A DNA stretch of 64,000 nt, from the IMG/VR virus record IMGVR_UViG_3300020175_000005, positions 34,507 to 98,506 of that record; one strand, 5' to 3'. A program made the position numbers and the translations under genes. Of the stretch, positions 1-9,160 are shown piece by piece (position 1 is the first letter of the stretch; the number at the start of each line of letters is the position of its first letter). Below the pieces are notes generated by a model. The model was given only the letters and a program-made list of their open reading frames with translations, ran no database searches and had not been told where the DNA came from. The DNA is from a virus.

Positions 1-283
1 CAATTTGACATGCAAAGTTCGCCTCTTGGATTGTTAAATTATTGTTGATAATGTCATCAAAAATATGCATAAATTTACTAATACCGAGTCCATGAGGTGT
101 TCCGGTTTTGGTAGTATGAAAATTATTCATATCAAATTGTATCATTGGATTATATGCAAAAAATACAATCCTCCTAAAGAGTGACTCTTTATTATACTTC
201 TGCAACACTGCAAGTTTTTCGTCTTGAGACTCTGCAGATATAATTTGGTCGTATATGCTTCTAGTTAATCCAGACTTGCTCAT
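1..283 (-). CDS. N-terminal part of a putative ATP-dependent DNA ligase-like protein (runs off the window edge)
   Basis: Hand-translated MSKSGLTRSIYDQIISAESQDEKLAVLQKYNKESLFRRIVFFAYNP..., resembling the N-terminal helical domain of T4-type ligases. A TAAATA late motif lies upstream (~306-311). Confidence 0.45.
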   Translation of the reverse strand, partial: MSKSGLTRSIYDQIISAESQDEKLAVLQKYNKESLFRRIVFFAYNPMIQFDMNNFHTTKTGTPHGLGISKFMHIFDDIINNNLTIQEANFACQI

Positions 284-336
284 TTGCTTCACCTTATGTT
301 ACTAGTATTTATCTATATAGTTAACTGCAATCATAG

Positions 337-364
337 AAAAAGGGAGCAGTATGCTCCCTTTTTT
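337..364. terminator. Bidirectional intrinsic terminator
   Basis: AAAAAGGGAGCA-GTA-TGCTCCCTTTTTT. Confidence 0.85.
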
Positions 365-383
365 CACTTATGTGTTTGTTATA

Positions 384-494
384 CTAGTCTAGCATAAGAG
401 CTCTGGCTGCTTCAATGTCGCCTGCTTCGGCAAGAATAGATGCACGTTTATATACAGCGAGCTTATCAAAAAATTCAATTATTAATTTAAGCAT
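384..494 (-). CDS. Small 36-aa protein (not in ORF track)
   Basis: MLKLIIEFFDKLAVYKRASILAEAGDIEAARALMLD*. It overlaps the stop of the upstream gene and ends just before the terminator. Confidence 0.65.
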   Translation of the reverse strand: MLKLIIEFFDKLAVYKRASILAEAGDIEAARALMLD

Positions 495-684
495 TTGCTG
501 TTTTACCAAAACGTTGTTCTTTAGCTTGTGCTTTTAGTTCACGTAACTTTGCTTCTGATACAGCACGGGCTTCATATAGGCTTTTAACATGTGCAGCAGT
601 AATTCCTGGTTGTCCTACCATTGCGCCAATTGCACGTGAGTATCCAATAATTTCTAAGCGAAGATTTAATTTTTCCATAAACAT
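487..684 (-). CDS. Small hypothetical protein
   Basis: 65-aa ORF, TAATG-coupled to the DUF1127 gene. Confidence 0.7.
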   Translation of the reverse strand: MFMEKLNLRLEIIGYSRAIGAMVGQPGITAAHVKSLYEARAVSEAKLRELKAQAKEQRFGKTANA

Positions 685-920
685 TATACAAATCCTCTCA
701 AGTTTTCATTTACTTTTACTTGTTCTGCTTTAACCGTCACTTTAGCTGGCTTCTTGAATGATTTATGTGCAATGTCATAAATCTCACCACGTGAGATACC
801 AATATCATTTAGTTCGTGATTGTTTAGTGCTGAAAGTTGGTTGTAAGTGTCGCGTACTTGCTTGTTGTATTCCATTGTGTTACGAATGTTTGTTAGTAGT
901 GCTTGAAGTTGTTTAATCAT
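684..920 (-). CDS. DUF1127 (YjiS-like) small protein
   Basis: RDTYNQLSALNNHELNDIGISRGEI is the DUF1127 signature. Start re-called at ATG 920 (TAATG overlap). Confidence 0.85.
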   Translation of the reverse strand: MIKQLQALLTNIRNTMEYNKQVRDTYNQLSALNNHELNDIGISRGEIYDIAHKSFKKPAKVTVKAEQVKVNENLRGFV

Positions 921-1108
921 TAGTTTATCCCTTGTGTGTATCTGTATGATGGACCATTTCCATTGTGTGTTAACATATAATTGTATGCAAATTGCCAATC
1001 ATTGCGATATTCTGTTTTTGCATATGTCATTAAGTCTGTGCGATAAGTGGCAGAATCTTTGCGTCCGCCAAGAAAATTAGTTATCGCACTAAAAAAGTTT
1101 AGTGTCAT
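920..1108 (-). CDS. Small hypothetical protein
   Basis: 62 aa with GGAGA RBS; first gene of the small-protein operon. Confidence 0.7.
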   Translation of the reverse strand: MTLNFFSAITNFLGGRKDSATYRTDLMTYAKTEYRNDWQFAYNYMLTHNGNGPSYRYTQGIN

Positions 1109-1130
1109 TTTAGTTCTCCATTCTGTTTTC

Positions 1131-1250
1131 GGATGCTTGAGGGAAGCAATACCCCTAGTCTTTTCTAGGCGTCAATCTCTTTTAAGGCATGGATCATGCC
1201 ACGGTCTTTCCCAGTTGCCACTCATTTTTTCTAAGCTGAGGTCGCTTGTA
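1131..1250 (-). ncRNA. Candidate structured 5' leader or sRNA of the DUF1127 operon
   Basis: Hairpins GGCATG-ATC-CATGCC, CCTAG-AAAAGA-CTAGG and TGCTT-CCCTC-AAGCA, downstream of TATAAATA (1280-1287). Confidence 0.5.
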
Positions 1251-1341
1251 AAAGTAAACGTTGTTTCCTTCTACACCTTTATTTATATCAATATAACACG
1301 AAAAATCCGTGTTTACTACTGCTATCCATGCAAACACGATA

Positions 1342-1354
1342 TGCATCTTATGCA
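1342..1354. promoter_or_regulatory. LysR-type T-N11-A palindromic box
   Basis: TGCAT-CTT-ATGCA, about 70 nt upstream of the presumed transcription start of the DUF1127 operon. Confidence 0.45.
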
Positions 1355-1377
1355 ACTGTGCAGATCTGCGCAGGTAG

Positions 1378-1406
1378 AAAAAGGGAGCATTAGATGCCCC
1401 CTTTTT
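1378..1406 (-). terminator. Intrinsic terminator after the FG-GAP gene
   Basis: AAAAAGGGAGCAT-TAG-ATGCCCCTTTTT imperfect stem with A/T tracts on both sides. Confidence 0.7.
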
Positions 1407-1446
1407 ATTTTTATTTCTGTACTGTTGTAGTATTATGCGTAAAATC

Positions 1447-3084
1447 TCAGCCAGCTGTAAAGATATATGCTTTACCTGAACTAGTACCACCAGCATCATC
1501 TTCATCATATGCACTAACAATAGCACGGCCGTCTGATATTGCTACTGATCGACCAAACCTATCATTTACTTCGGTGTCATATGCATTTGGATTATCTAAT
1601 GTTTCAACTAAGGCACCTGAAGTGACATTGTAAATATATACTTTTCCTGAATTGTAATTAGTCGGCGTTTTCGGCGACTCATCTTCTCCTGTCGCAGAGA
1701 CAATTGCATAGTCGCCTGATATTGCTACAAATCGTCCAAATTCATCACCAAGACTTGAGCCATCAGGATTTGGATTGTCTAGTGTATGAACTAGCGCACC
1801 AGTTGTTACATCAAAGATGTATGCTTTGCCTGAATAGTCACCGCCATTATCGCTTTCTGCATAAGCACCTACAATAGCATAGTCGCCTGATATTGCTACT
1901 GAATTACCAAAGTAATCATCGTCACTGTTACTATGAGCATTCGGGTTGTCTAGTGTATGAACTAGGGCACCAGTTGTTACATCAAAGATGTATGCTTTAC
2001 CACTACCAAAGCCGACAATAAATTCTTCATCACCATCATCATTTTCAAAAGCAACAGCATCATCTTCCATTTCAGCACCTACAATAGCGTAGTTACCTGA
2101 TATTGCTACCGCACCGCCAAACCTATCACCAGCACTTGTACCATAAGCAGTAGGGTTATCTAGTGTATAAAGTAAAGCACCAGTAGTAACATCAAAGATA
2201 TACGCCTTACCAGAAGCACTACCGTCTGCATCGTCTTCAGCATAAGCACCTACAATAGCATAGTCACCTGATATTGCTACTGAAATGCCAAAGTAATCAC
2301 TAGTACTCGTTCCATAAACATTCGGGTTGTCTAGTGTATGAACTAGGGCACCAGTTGTTACATCAAATATGTATGCTTTACCTGAAGTAGAACCACTTAC
2401 ATCGTCTTCTCTACTAGCACCTACAATAGCATAGTTACCAGATATTGCAACTGAGTTACCAAATTGATCTTCGGAACTTGAACTAAAATCATTAGGGTTA
2501 TCTAATGTATGAACTAACGAACTAGTTGATACATTGTAGATATATGCTTTACCTGAATTACCGCCACCTGCATCATCTTCATAAATAGCAGAAACAATAG
2601 CATAGTCTCCATCGACTGCAACTGAATAGCCAAAGCGATCATTAAGACTTGTACCATAAGGATTTGGATTGTCTAATGTATATGCTAGTGTAGATGCTGA
2701 CCAATCACTCCACTCAAATGTATTGCCTGATCCTGTATCGCCTGATGTTTCTGTACCAACGCTAACTATAGCAGTTGTGCTTAACAGCATATTGCCGTCT
2801 GTGTCTTGTGTAAATGTCCAGTCGCTGATCTGAAAACCTGCATCAGCAATGAAAGGTCTCTGTGAACCAGCCATTGCTCTGTTTTCTGTAACAGATAGCT
2901 CATCACCGTCTGCATACATTTCCCAGTTGCCAATTTTAATGCCGTGGTCAGCTCTAAATGCTCGTTGCGCATTGTTTGCATCAACTGCTACGTGACCTGC
3001 TGTTAAATCGCCATCTGAGTTTTGAGTAAGTAACCAGTCGCCTAGTCTAATACCCATGTCTGAAATAAATGGTTTTTGTGCCAT
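1447..3084 (-). CDS. FG-GAP repeat beta-propeller protein (putative tail or adhesion protein)
   Basis: About seven repeats of FGxSVAISGDYAIVGA..EDD...SGKAYIFDVTTGALVHTLDNP; N-terminus has three PFIxDxGxxIGxW repeats. Confidence 0.85.
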   Translation of the reverse strand: MAQKPFISDMGIRLGDWLLTQNSDGDLTAGHVAVDANNAQRAFRADHGIKIGNWEMYADGDELSVTENRAMAGSQRPFIADAGFQISDWTFTQDTDGNMLLSTTAIVSVGTETSGDTGSGNTFEWSDWSASTLAYTLDNPNPYGTSLNDRFGYSVAVDGDYAIVSAIYEDDAGGGNSGKAYIYNVSTSSLVHTLDNPNDFSSSSEDQFGNSVAISGNYAIVGASREDDVSGSTSGKAYIFDVTTGALVHTLDNPNVYGTSTSDYFGISVAISGDYAIVGAYAEDDADGSASGKAYIFDVTTGALLYTLDNPTAYGTSAGDRFGGAVAISGNYAIVGAEMEDDAVAFENDDGDEEFIVGFGSGKAYIFDVTTGALVHTLDNPNAHSNSDDDYFGNSVAISGDYAIVGAYAESDNGGDYSGKAYIFDVTTGALVHTLDNPNPDGSSLGDEFGRFVAISGDYAIVSATGEDESPKTPTNYNSGKVYIYNVTSGALVETLDNPNAYDTEVNDRFGRSVAISDGRAIVSAYDEDDAGGTSSGKAYIFTAG

Positions 3085-3175
3085 GTTATATCTCCTAAAA
3101 AATAAAAAGAAATAGATTCTTACTATTATTTAACCGATATTCACCATGAATAAACTATCTATATTATGGATGCAT

Positions 3176-4312
3176 CTATAGTTTAGTGGTTGTACTCTCA
3201 TATGTACGATTGAACTGATTATTTACACGGACAAATGTTGTACATTTGGTTAGTTGTTTTAATTCTTTTGCACCAACATATGTACAAGTTGAACGAATGC
3301 CACCCAAGATATTTTGCACTGTTCCAGCAATTGCGCCTCGATAAGGTACAAGGACTTCACGTCCTTCGCTACTGCGATAATCTTTTAAACCACCAAAGTG
3401 TTTTGTGTTTGCCGCATCTGAACTCATACCGTAAAACTGCACAAACTGTTTTTTATCAAACTTTCGAGTATTCCCGTCAATAAATTCATTTGTAATATAA
3501 CTTTTAGTAATAACTTCGCCGCCGCCTTCGTCGTGACCGGCAAGCATACCACCTAGCATCACAAAGTCAGCGCCAGCAGCAAATGCTTTTGCTACATCCC
3601 CAGGACAAGTGCAACCACCATCGGCAATAATATGACCGCCGAGACCATGCGCAGCATCTGCACATTCGATGACAGCGGAGAGTTGAGGATAACCAACACC
3701 AGTCTGTATGCGAGTAGTGCATACACTACCAGGACCAATGCCAACTTTAACGATATCAGCTCCATTTAAGATTAACTCCTGTGTTTGGTCTGCGGTAACA
3801 ACATTACCCCCGATAATTACTAGATGTGGATAAGTTTCACGGAAATGTTTCACATAATCAACAAATCGTTCACTATATCCGTTAGCAACATCGATACACA
3901 CATACTTTAGATTTTCACCAATTTGTGCGTAAACATCACTAAACTTTTTTTCGTCTCGTTCAGTAATACCAACACTCACTGCAACATGTGAGGTACGCTT
4001 AAAGCGGTCACTACCAGTATTAAAATACGCAACCAGTTCTTCTACACTGTATGTCTTTACTAGACAAGTAAACATATTCATGTCTGCTAATGCATCTGCT
4101 TGTTCAAATGTACCAACACCATCCATGTTACTTGCCATAATAGGAGTACCATAGTAGTGTACTGGTTCTACATTATCTGGGAAGTCTGGTACATAATTTA
4201 CAAATTTAAACTTGCGGTTCAAATCTACATCTTTGCGAGACCCTAGTGTACTACGCTTAGGACGAATAAGAACGTCACTGTAGTCTAGTAGAACTTCATT
4301 TTCAATTCTCAT
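3176..4312 (-). CDS. guaC: GMP reductase
   Basis: [39 protein letters not shown] and FYGMSS motifs. Start re-called at 4312 (ATGA overlap). Confidence 0.95.
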   Translation of the reverse strand: MRIENEVLLDYSDVLIRPKRSTLGSRKDVDLNRKFKFVNYVPDFPDNVEPVHYYGTPIMASNMDGVGTFEQADALADMNMFTCLVKTYSVEELVAYFNTGSDRFKRTSHVAVSVGITERDEKKFSDVYAQIGENLKYVCIDVANGYSERFVDYVKHFRETYPHLVIIGGNVVTADQTQELILNGADIVKVGIGPGSVCTTRIQTGVGYPQLSAVIECADAAHGLGGHIIADGGCTCPGDVAKAFAAGADFVMLGGMLAGHDEGGGEVITKSYITNEFIDGNTRKFDKKQFVQFYGMSSDAANTKHFGGLKDYRSSEGREVLVPYRGAIAGTVQNILGGIRSTCTYVGAKELKQLTKCTTFVRVNNQFNRTYESTTTKL

Positions 4313-4848
4313 CGTACTGTTAACTCCAATTGTTGTAATACTTGTTGTACACACAATGCCTGCACTTTGCAGTCTTCTAGTGCGTTGTGTGCTTCAAAAT
4401 TCATCGCCTTGCGTGGATCGCTGGGCATGATTTGCATAAGTGTTCGTGCATCACGGATCTTCCAGAAAGGCCAAGGAACGTGTTTCTCATATTGTTTAAA
4501 TAAGTTCTCCATAATGGGTATATCAAAGGTACTTCCTTGAGCCCAGATCGCATCAACACCTACGCACCATCTAGTTAGGTCAGTTAATACTTGGTCCACA
4601 GAAGTACGATTTCCTTCGCCCATCGCTTCTTCCATTACCTTGGGATCCTGGCGCCCCCACCATTCCAACGTGCTTTCATCAGTTGTTCGTCCTCGAGCAA
4701 TTTGCTCATCTACTTCTAAACGATGATAAAAATGCTGATATGTTTCACTAATGCTATTAGGGTCAAACTTGACTCCACCAAAAGTTAGCACCACAGTATT
4801 GTTTTGGGCACCTAATGTTTCTAGGTCAATCATGGCATGTGTTGTCAT
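4309..4848 (-). CDS. DEDDh 3'-5' exonuclease (Rv2179c / ExoVIII-like)
   Basis: [24 protein letters not shown] and HNALEDC motifs. Confidence 0.85.
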   Translation of the reverse strand: MTTHAMIDLETLGAQNNTVVLTFGGVKFDPNSISETYQHFYHRLEVDEQIARGRTTDESTLEWWGRQDPKVMEEAMGEGNRTSVDQVLTDLTRWCVGVDAIWAQGSTFDIPIMENLFKQYEKHVPWPFWKIRDARTLMQIMPSDPRKAMNFEAHNALEDCKVQALCVQQVLQQLELTVR

Positions 4849-4887
4849 TGCGGATTCTCCTTAATCCAAATACACTCTGAAATATCT

Positions 4888-5031
4888 TCAGGTTTTAGCA
4901 TTTTCTTCTTCCGTAACCACAAAGTGAACTTTTACAATACCGCCTTTTTGTTTTTTAACATAGTATTCGAGACCTGCATCTCTAAATATTTTTCTAAGCT
5001 CGTTGATGGTAGGATCAGACTTTTTAATCAT
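4888..5031 (-). CDS. Small hypothetical protein (47 aa, not in ORF track)
   Basis: MIKKSDPTINELRKIFRDAGLEYYVKKQKGGIVKVHFVVTEEENAKT* fills the gap between genes. Confidence 0.5.
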   Translation of the reverse strand: MIKKSDPTINELRKIFRDAGLEYYVKKQKGGIVKVHFVVTEEENAKT

Positions 5032-5443
5032 TCTTTTCTCTTTCTGCTACTCGTCGCCTCAAGTCGCTTGAGCTAAAACGATGATCTCTTTTGTTGAAGT
5101 ACAAGGATATTCCTCTGCTTCGACATATGTCTTTTCCAGTAAAATCCTTATTTCTATACTCTTCACCTAGTATTCTAACATCAATACTAAACATTGTCAA
5201 GATGTCTTCTAGATCCTTTTCGCTAGAATAAGGGATAATTTCATCAACAAAGTGTATTGCATTAAGTTGGGTGTATCTTTCCACAATACTTTGTACTGGA
5301 GGATTCTTTTCCGGACGATCTGGACTAGGATCCATCTGTAAACCGCAAATTAAATAGTCACAATGCTCTCTTGCTTCACGTAGCATTTGTACGTGGCCTG
5401 CATGTAGTAAATCAAATGTGCTACAGGTAAATCCAACTTTCAT
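5024..5443 (-). CDS. Glycerol-3-phosphate cytidylyltransferase-like (TagD family)
   Basis: TFDLLHAGH (HxGH) and RDHRFSSSDLR motifs. Confidence 0.9.
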   Translation of the reverse strand: MKVGFTCSTFDLLHAGHVQMLREAREHCDYLICGLQMDPSPDRPEKNPPVQSIVERYTQLNAIHFVDEIIPYSSEKDLEDILTMFSIDVRILGEEYRNKDFTGKDICRSRGISLYFNKRDHRFSSSDLRRRVAEREKND

Positions 5444-5495
5444 TCAGCTCTCCTCTTTGGCTGCATGACTAATATAACATAAAAAATTTAGGCTG

Positions 5496-6062
5496 TCAAG
5501 ATAATAAAAACAATGCCTCGTCTGGCATCCAATGATCTATCATCCGTTCAGGGTGCCATAACATAGTTACTATATTATCTAATTTCCAACTTTCGCAATT
5601 ACCCTGTGGATCTCGGGCAAGTACTGTTGCTCCTGGGGGAATAGTTCCCAATATTTCACCATGTCTACTGCATACATTTTTAGTAATGTCTTTATAGTAT
5701 ACAATGTGATCTCGGGCATGCCGATCATTTTTATCTATTGATCCACCAAGACTAGTCGTTAAGAATTGACAACCTCTGCTAATACCCAGTATGGGTTTAT
5801 TGTACAGTCTTGCCAAATCTAAAGTGTGTTTCTCTACCTGTAGGCGTTCTTGATTATATTGCCAATCTCCAGTAATCATACTATTGCCGCCAGTAAACAC
5901 TACGATATCGCTATCATGTATCCAATCTGTGCGATAATGATCTAATTTGTTTGGAATCGGCCTCAAAGTATGATCCTTGAACATGGAATAAAATCCATGA
6001 TCAAGTGCATCATATGGCCCGTTGCGATAGTCAATCACACGTTGCGTGATTGCTATTTTCAT
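5496..6062 (-). CDS. Class I glutamine amidotransferase / peptidase C26-like protein
   Basis: FTGG, PILGISRGCQ and WHPE motifs; the usual nucleophile Cys position (GICRG) is Ser. Confidence 0.8.
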   Translation of the reverse strand: MKIAITQRVIDYRNGPYDALDHGFYSMFKDHTLRPIPNKLDHYRTDWIHDSDIVVFTGGNSMITGDWQYNQERLQVEKHTLDLARLYNKPILGISRGCQFLTTSLGGSIDKNDRHARDHIVYYKDITKNVCSRHGEILGTIPPGATVLARDPQGNCESWKLDNIVTMLWHPERMIDHWMPDEALFLLS

Positions 6063-6374
6063 TTACTCATTTTCTTCGATAATAACGTCCAACGGATATC
6101 CAGCTGAACGGGACTCGGTAATAGTTTCGGTACTCTTCTGTTCTGCGATTTCAAAGCTATATGTACCCACAATGCACCGTCCTTTTTCGTGAACTTCCAG
6201 CATAATTTCTTTAGCTCTTTCCAGATCATGTCTGTAAATAACCATTAGAATCTGTACTACAAAATCCATGGGCGTAGATTCATCATTTAGCATAATGATA
6301 TTATACTTGTTGGGTGCTTTTAATTTAATTGCAGTGTTTTCTTGGTTAGCCGCTTGAGTCATTATATTTTCCAT
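6063..6374 (-). CDS. clpS: Clp protease N-end-rule adaptor ClpS
   Basis: YNIIMLNDESTPMDFVV...IMLEVHEKGRCIVGTY...GYPL. Confidence 0.95.
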   Translation of the reverse strand: MENIMTQAANQENTAIKLKAPNKYNIIMLNDESTPMDFVVQILMVIYRHDLERAKEIMLEVHEKGRCIVGTYSFEIAEQKSTETITESRSAGYPLDVIIEENE

Positions 6375-6417
6375 TTAGTTACAGTGGGGAATAATTTCCC
6401 CACTGTGTTAGTTATAC

Positions 6418-6846
6418 TTATTTAATTTTGATAGTCTTTGCTTTTTTCTCTTCTGGAACAATGCGTTCTAGTTCAATATAAAGCATGCCATTTTCCATTG
6501 TGGCTCCGTTTACAACTACGTCATCTGACAGTGTCCATGTACGTTTAAACTTGCGCTGTGCAATGCCACGATGTAGCCATTCACCTGCCTGTTCAACTTC
6601 TTGTGGATTATGTGTAATTGTTAGTTTGCCACCTTCAGCAGTGATATCCAAATCATCTTTGGTAACGCCAGCTAATGCAATTTCAATTTGAAATTTGTTT
6701 TCATTCTGGCGAATGTTGTATGGTGGATAACCAGTGCTTGCCACATTATTTTCGGCATACTGAAACATATCAGTAATGATTTTATCAAAACCCACCGCAT
6801 ACGGTGTAATTTTATTTAAATCAAGTGTGGTTAATCTTGTATTCAT
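6418..6846 (-). CDS. Small heat-shock protein (Hsp20 / IbpA family)
   Basis: GYPPYNI, IEIALAG, LHRGIAQRKF and MENGMLYIELER motifs. Confidence 0.95.
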   Translation of the reverse strand: MNTRLTTLDLNKITPYAVGFDKIITDMFQYAENNVASTGYPPYNIRQNENKFQIEIALAGVTKDDLDITAEGGKLTITHNPQEVEQAGEWLHRGIAQRKFKRTWTLSDDVVVNGATMENGMLYIELERIVPEEKKAKTIKIK

Positions 6847-7067
6847 TTCGTTACCCCTGTTGCTTTGATTGCATCTGCAACTGTTGCACCAACTGCATCA
6901 CCCATATCAGTTGCTGTCTTTGCAAGCTCTTTGGTGTATGTTGTTTGTGCATCAACAAAGTTATTCATAGGCTTTGCTAGTGATTCGGTTTTAACGAAAG
7001 TTTTAATCCATTCACGCTTGGCATTCTGCACAGCATCAATGAACATGTTTGTCATGTATGTATTCAT
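6843..7067 (-). CDS. Hypothetical helical protein, first gene of the hsp20 operon
   Basis: 74 aa, AGGAGA RBS, ATGA overlap with hsp20. Confidence 0.75.
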   Translation of the reverse strand: MNTYMTNMFIDAVQNAKREWIKTFVKTESLAKPMNNFVDAQTTYTKELAKTATDMGDAVGATVADAIKATGVTK

Positions 7068-7123
7068 CTTTTATCTCCTTTTAAGCAAGATGTATTTTTA
7101 GGACCCAGCTTAACTGGCATCCT
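7065..7123 (-). promoter_or_regulatory. ROSE-like RNA thermometer
   Basis: AUCUUGCU-UAAA-AGGAGAU hairpin (UUGCU paired with the SD, bulged G), preceded by hairpin AGGAUGCCAG..CUGGGUCCU; lies upstream of the sHSP operon. Confidence 0.65.
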
Positions 7124-7131
7124 GTTTTATT

Positions 7132-7176
7132 TATACGCTAGAGCGTATAAAACTATAATATACGCTAGAGCGTATA
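7132..7176. repeat. Two identical 18-bp palindromes overlapping the early and late promoters
   Basis: TATACGCT-AG-AGCGTATA at 7132-7149 and 7159-7176; TTGACT-17-TATTAT and TATAAATA (7128-7135) on the minus strand. Confidence 0.85.
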
Positions 7177-7184
7177 TAGTCAAG

Positions 7185-7406
7185 TTAAGAATTATTAATC
7201 TTAGCTTGTTTTTTACGCCAACGTGCTTTTCCAGCCGCCGCGGCTCTCAGACGTTTCTCAGTGTTAGTCGTAAACTGTGTACGATCCCTTAACTCTTGGA
7301 AAATGCCCTCGTTGGTTAAAACTTTTTTCAATCGGCGCATTGCCTGATCTACATTATTATTGCGAACGTCTACTGCCGCTCTTTCTGATTTAGGATGTTT
7401 TGACAT
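7185..7406 (-). CDS. rpsU: Ribosomal protein bS21
   Basis: VDVRNNNVDQAMRRLKKVLTNEGIFQELRDR...EKRLRAAAAGKARWRKK. Confidence 0.9.
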   Translation of the reverse strand: MSKHPKSERAAVDVRNNNVDQAMRRLKKVLTNEGIFQELRDRTQFTTNTEKRLRAAAAGKARWRKKQAKINNS

Positions 7407-7929
7407 TATTTTTTATCTTGGCACTTACTCGATTGCCAGCCCTGCTAATATTTTCTAATTCAACATCAATTAAGTTAGCAAATCTATGTAATACTTCTAT
7501 TGCTAAATGATGCTTTGCTCTCTCCCTGCCACGTAAGATAACAGTTAATGTAACTGTGGCTTGTTTTTCTAAAAACTTCTGAGCATGTTTCGCTTTGGTA
7601 TTCAAGTCATTTAGATCAGTGTTGATACCTAATCGTATCTCTTTCTGTTCTGTCGCTGACTCCCGCTGACGTTTCTTTGATTCTTTAGCCTTTTGTTTTT
7701 GTTCATAAAGATACTTATTTAGGTCCACTATTTTACAAACTGGCGGATCTGCTTTTTCCACAATCAAAACCAAGTCAAGCTCTAATTGTTTAGCAAGAGC
7801 AAGTGCTTCTGTGGTCTTCATAATTTCGCTATTATCATCCCAATTGACACGTATCGTTGATTGCGTGATGTTTCTATTTGCTATAACCCTTGGGCCTTTA
7901 TCCTTGGAATTATTATACTTATTACTCAA
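7390..7929 (-). CDS. infC: Translation initiation factor IF-3
   Basis: ALALAKQLELDLVLIVEKADPPVCKIVDLNKYLYEQKQK, KEIRL and LRGRE motifs. Confidence 0.95.
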   Translation of the reverse strand: MSNKYNNSKDKGPRVIANRNITQSTIRVNWDDNSEIMKTTEALALAKQLELDLVLIVEKADPPVCKIVDLNKYLYEQKQKAKESKKRQRESATEQKEIRLGINTDLNDLNTKAKHAQKFLEKQATVTLTVILRGRERAKHHLAIEVLHRFANLIDVELENISRAGNRVSAKIKNNVKTS

Positions 7930-9160
7930 TATTACTGCCTTTTTGCATGTGTGGTTTCTTACCTTTATTTATCACTTCGTCAGTAATTAACACACTAGTA
8001 AACCCCCTGGCATGATTGTCGGGAAGATTATACTGTGTGTCCATTAGTGCATCGTCTAAAATTTTTCGTAATCCCCTAGCACCAAGACCTTGATTAATCG
8101 CAATGTTAGCCACTGCCTTAACACTTTCTATTGTAAACTCTAAATTAAATTTGTCAAGTGCAAATAGAGCTTTATATTGTTCTACTAAGCTATTCTTGGG
8201 TTCTGTTAGTACTTTGACCAAGTCATCTTCAGTTAATTCACGCAATACACTTACACATGGAATTCTACCAACAAATTCTGGTATTAATCCGTACTGTACT
8301 AAGTCTCGTGTTTCCAGGTGTTCTTCCCATTGGTGTTCACTTAGTGATTTGTCAGTAAATCCAATCTTACTTTTACCTAACCGTTGCATTACCTGATTGT
8401 CTAAACCAACAAATGCTCCACTTACAATAAACAAGATATCCTTGGTATTTATTTCTATAGTTTCTGGATTAGCTTGTGGCTTATTTGGTACCTTTACCAC
8501 AGTGCCTTCCATTAACTTGAGTAAACTTTGCTGTACGCCTTCGCCACTCACATCTCTGCTCAGTGATACCATGTCGTTACGCTTTGCTTTTTTATCAATC
8601 TCGTCTACATAGATAATACCAATTTGTGCTTTTTCAATATTATAATCAGCAGCTTGAACTAGGCGCTGGATTAGTACCTCAGCATCGTCCCCGGCATATC
8701 CACTCTCAGTAATAGTAGTTGCATCAGTAATAACAAACGGCACTTCCAGTACTTTACTTAGAGTTTGGGCAATCAAAGTTTTACCTACGCCTGTGGGTCC
8801 TAATAATAACAAGTTACTTTTTTGTATGTCAACATCACCATCATTTAATAATACCCGCTTGTAATGGTTATATACTGCTACGCTTACACCTTTTTTAACA
8901 TGATCCTGACCAATTATATATTTGTTTAAATGCTCGTGTATTTTTGGAGGAGATATTCCACCAATATTTCGTTTAATATTATTAATAATTTTAGTTCGAC
9001 TATGGCGGCGCCGCTTCTTTTCTAGAATGTCATGACTCAACCCAACACATTTATCACAAATATGTATCTGCGGCGATTCGCCTTGCAGTAACTGGCTTAC
9101 TTCATCATTTGCTTTTCCACAAAAGTTGCAGTAGGGGTTATTGGATATCAGCTGGACCAT
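7922..9160 (-). CDS. clpX: ATP-dependent Clp protease ATPase subunit ClpX
   Basis: C4 zinc finger, GPTGVGKT, YVDEIDK, RDVSGEGVQQSLLK and GARGLR. Confidence 0.97.
   Translation of the reverse strand: MVQLISNNPYCNFCGKANDEVSQLLQGESPQIHICDKCVGLSHDILEKKRRRHSRTKIINNIKRNIGGISPPKIHEHLNKYIIGQDHVKKGVSVAVYNHYKRVLLNDGDVDIQKSNLLLLGPTGVGKTLIAQTLSKVLEVPFVITDATTITESGYAGDDAEVLIQRLVQAADYNIEKAQIGIIYVDEIDKKAKRNDMVSLSRDVSGEGVQQSLLKLMEGTVVKVPNKPQANPETIEINTKDILFIVSGAFVGLDNQVMQRLGKSKIGFTDKSLSEHQWEEHLETRDLVQYGLIPEFVGRIPCVSVLRELTEDDLVKVLTEPKNSLVEQYKALFALDKFNLEFTIESVKAVANIAINQGLGARGLRKILDDALMDTQYNLPDNHARGFTSVLITDEVINKGKKPHMQKGSNIE

Noticed and set aside
1194-1526. 110-aa minus-strand ORF and the 1047-1430 plus-strand ORF
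   Set aside because: They cross a terminator and promoter region and overlap real genes, so the region is better explained as regulatory.
1447-2700. Periodic ~170-bp repeats as a possible CRISPR array or DGR
   Set aside because: They are degenerate in-frame FG-GAP propeller repeats. There are no unique spacers, cas genes or reverse transcriptase.
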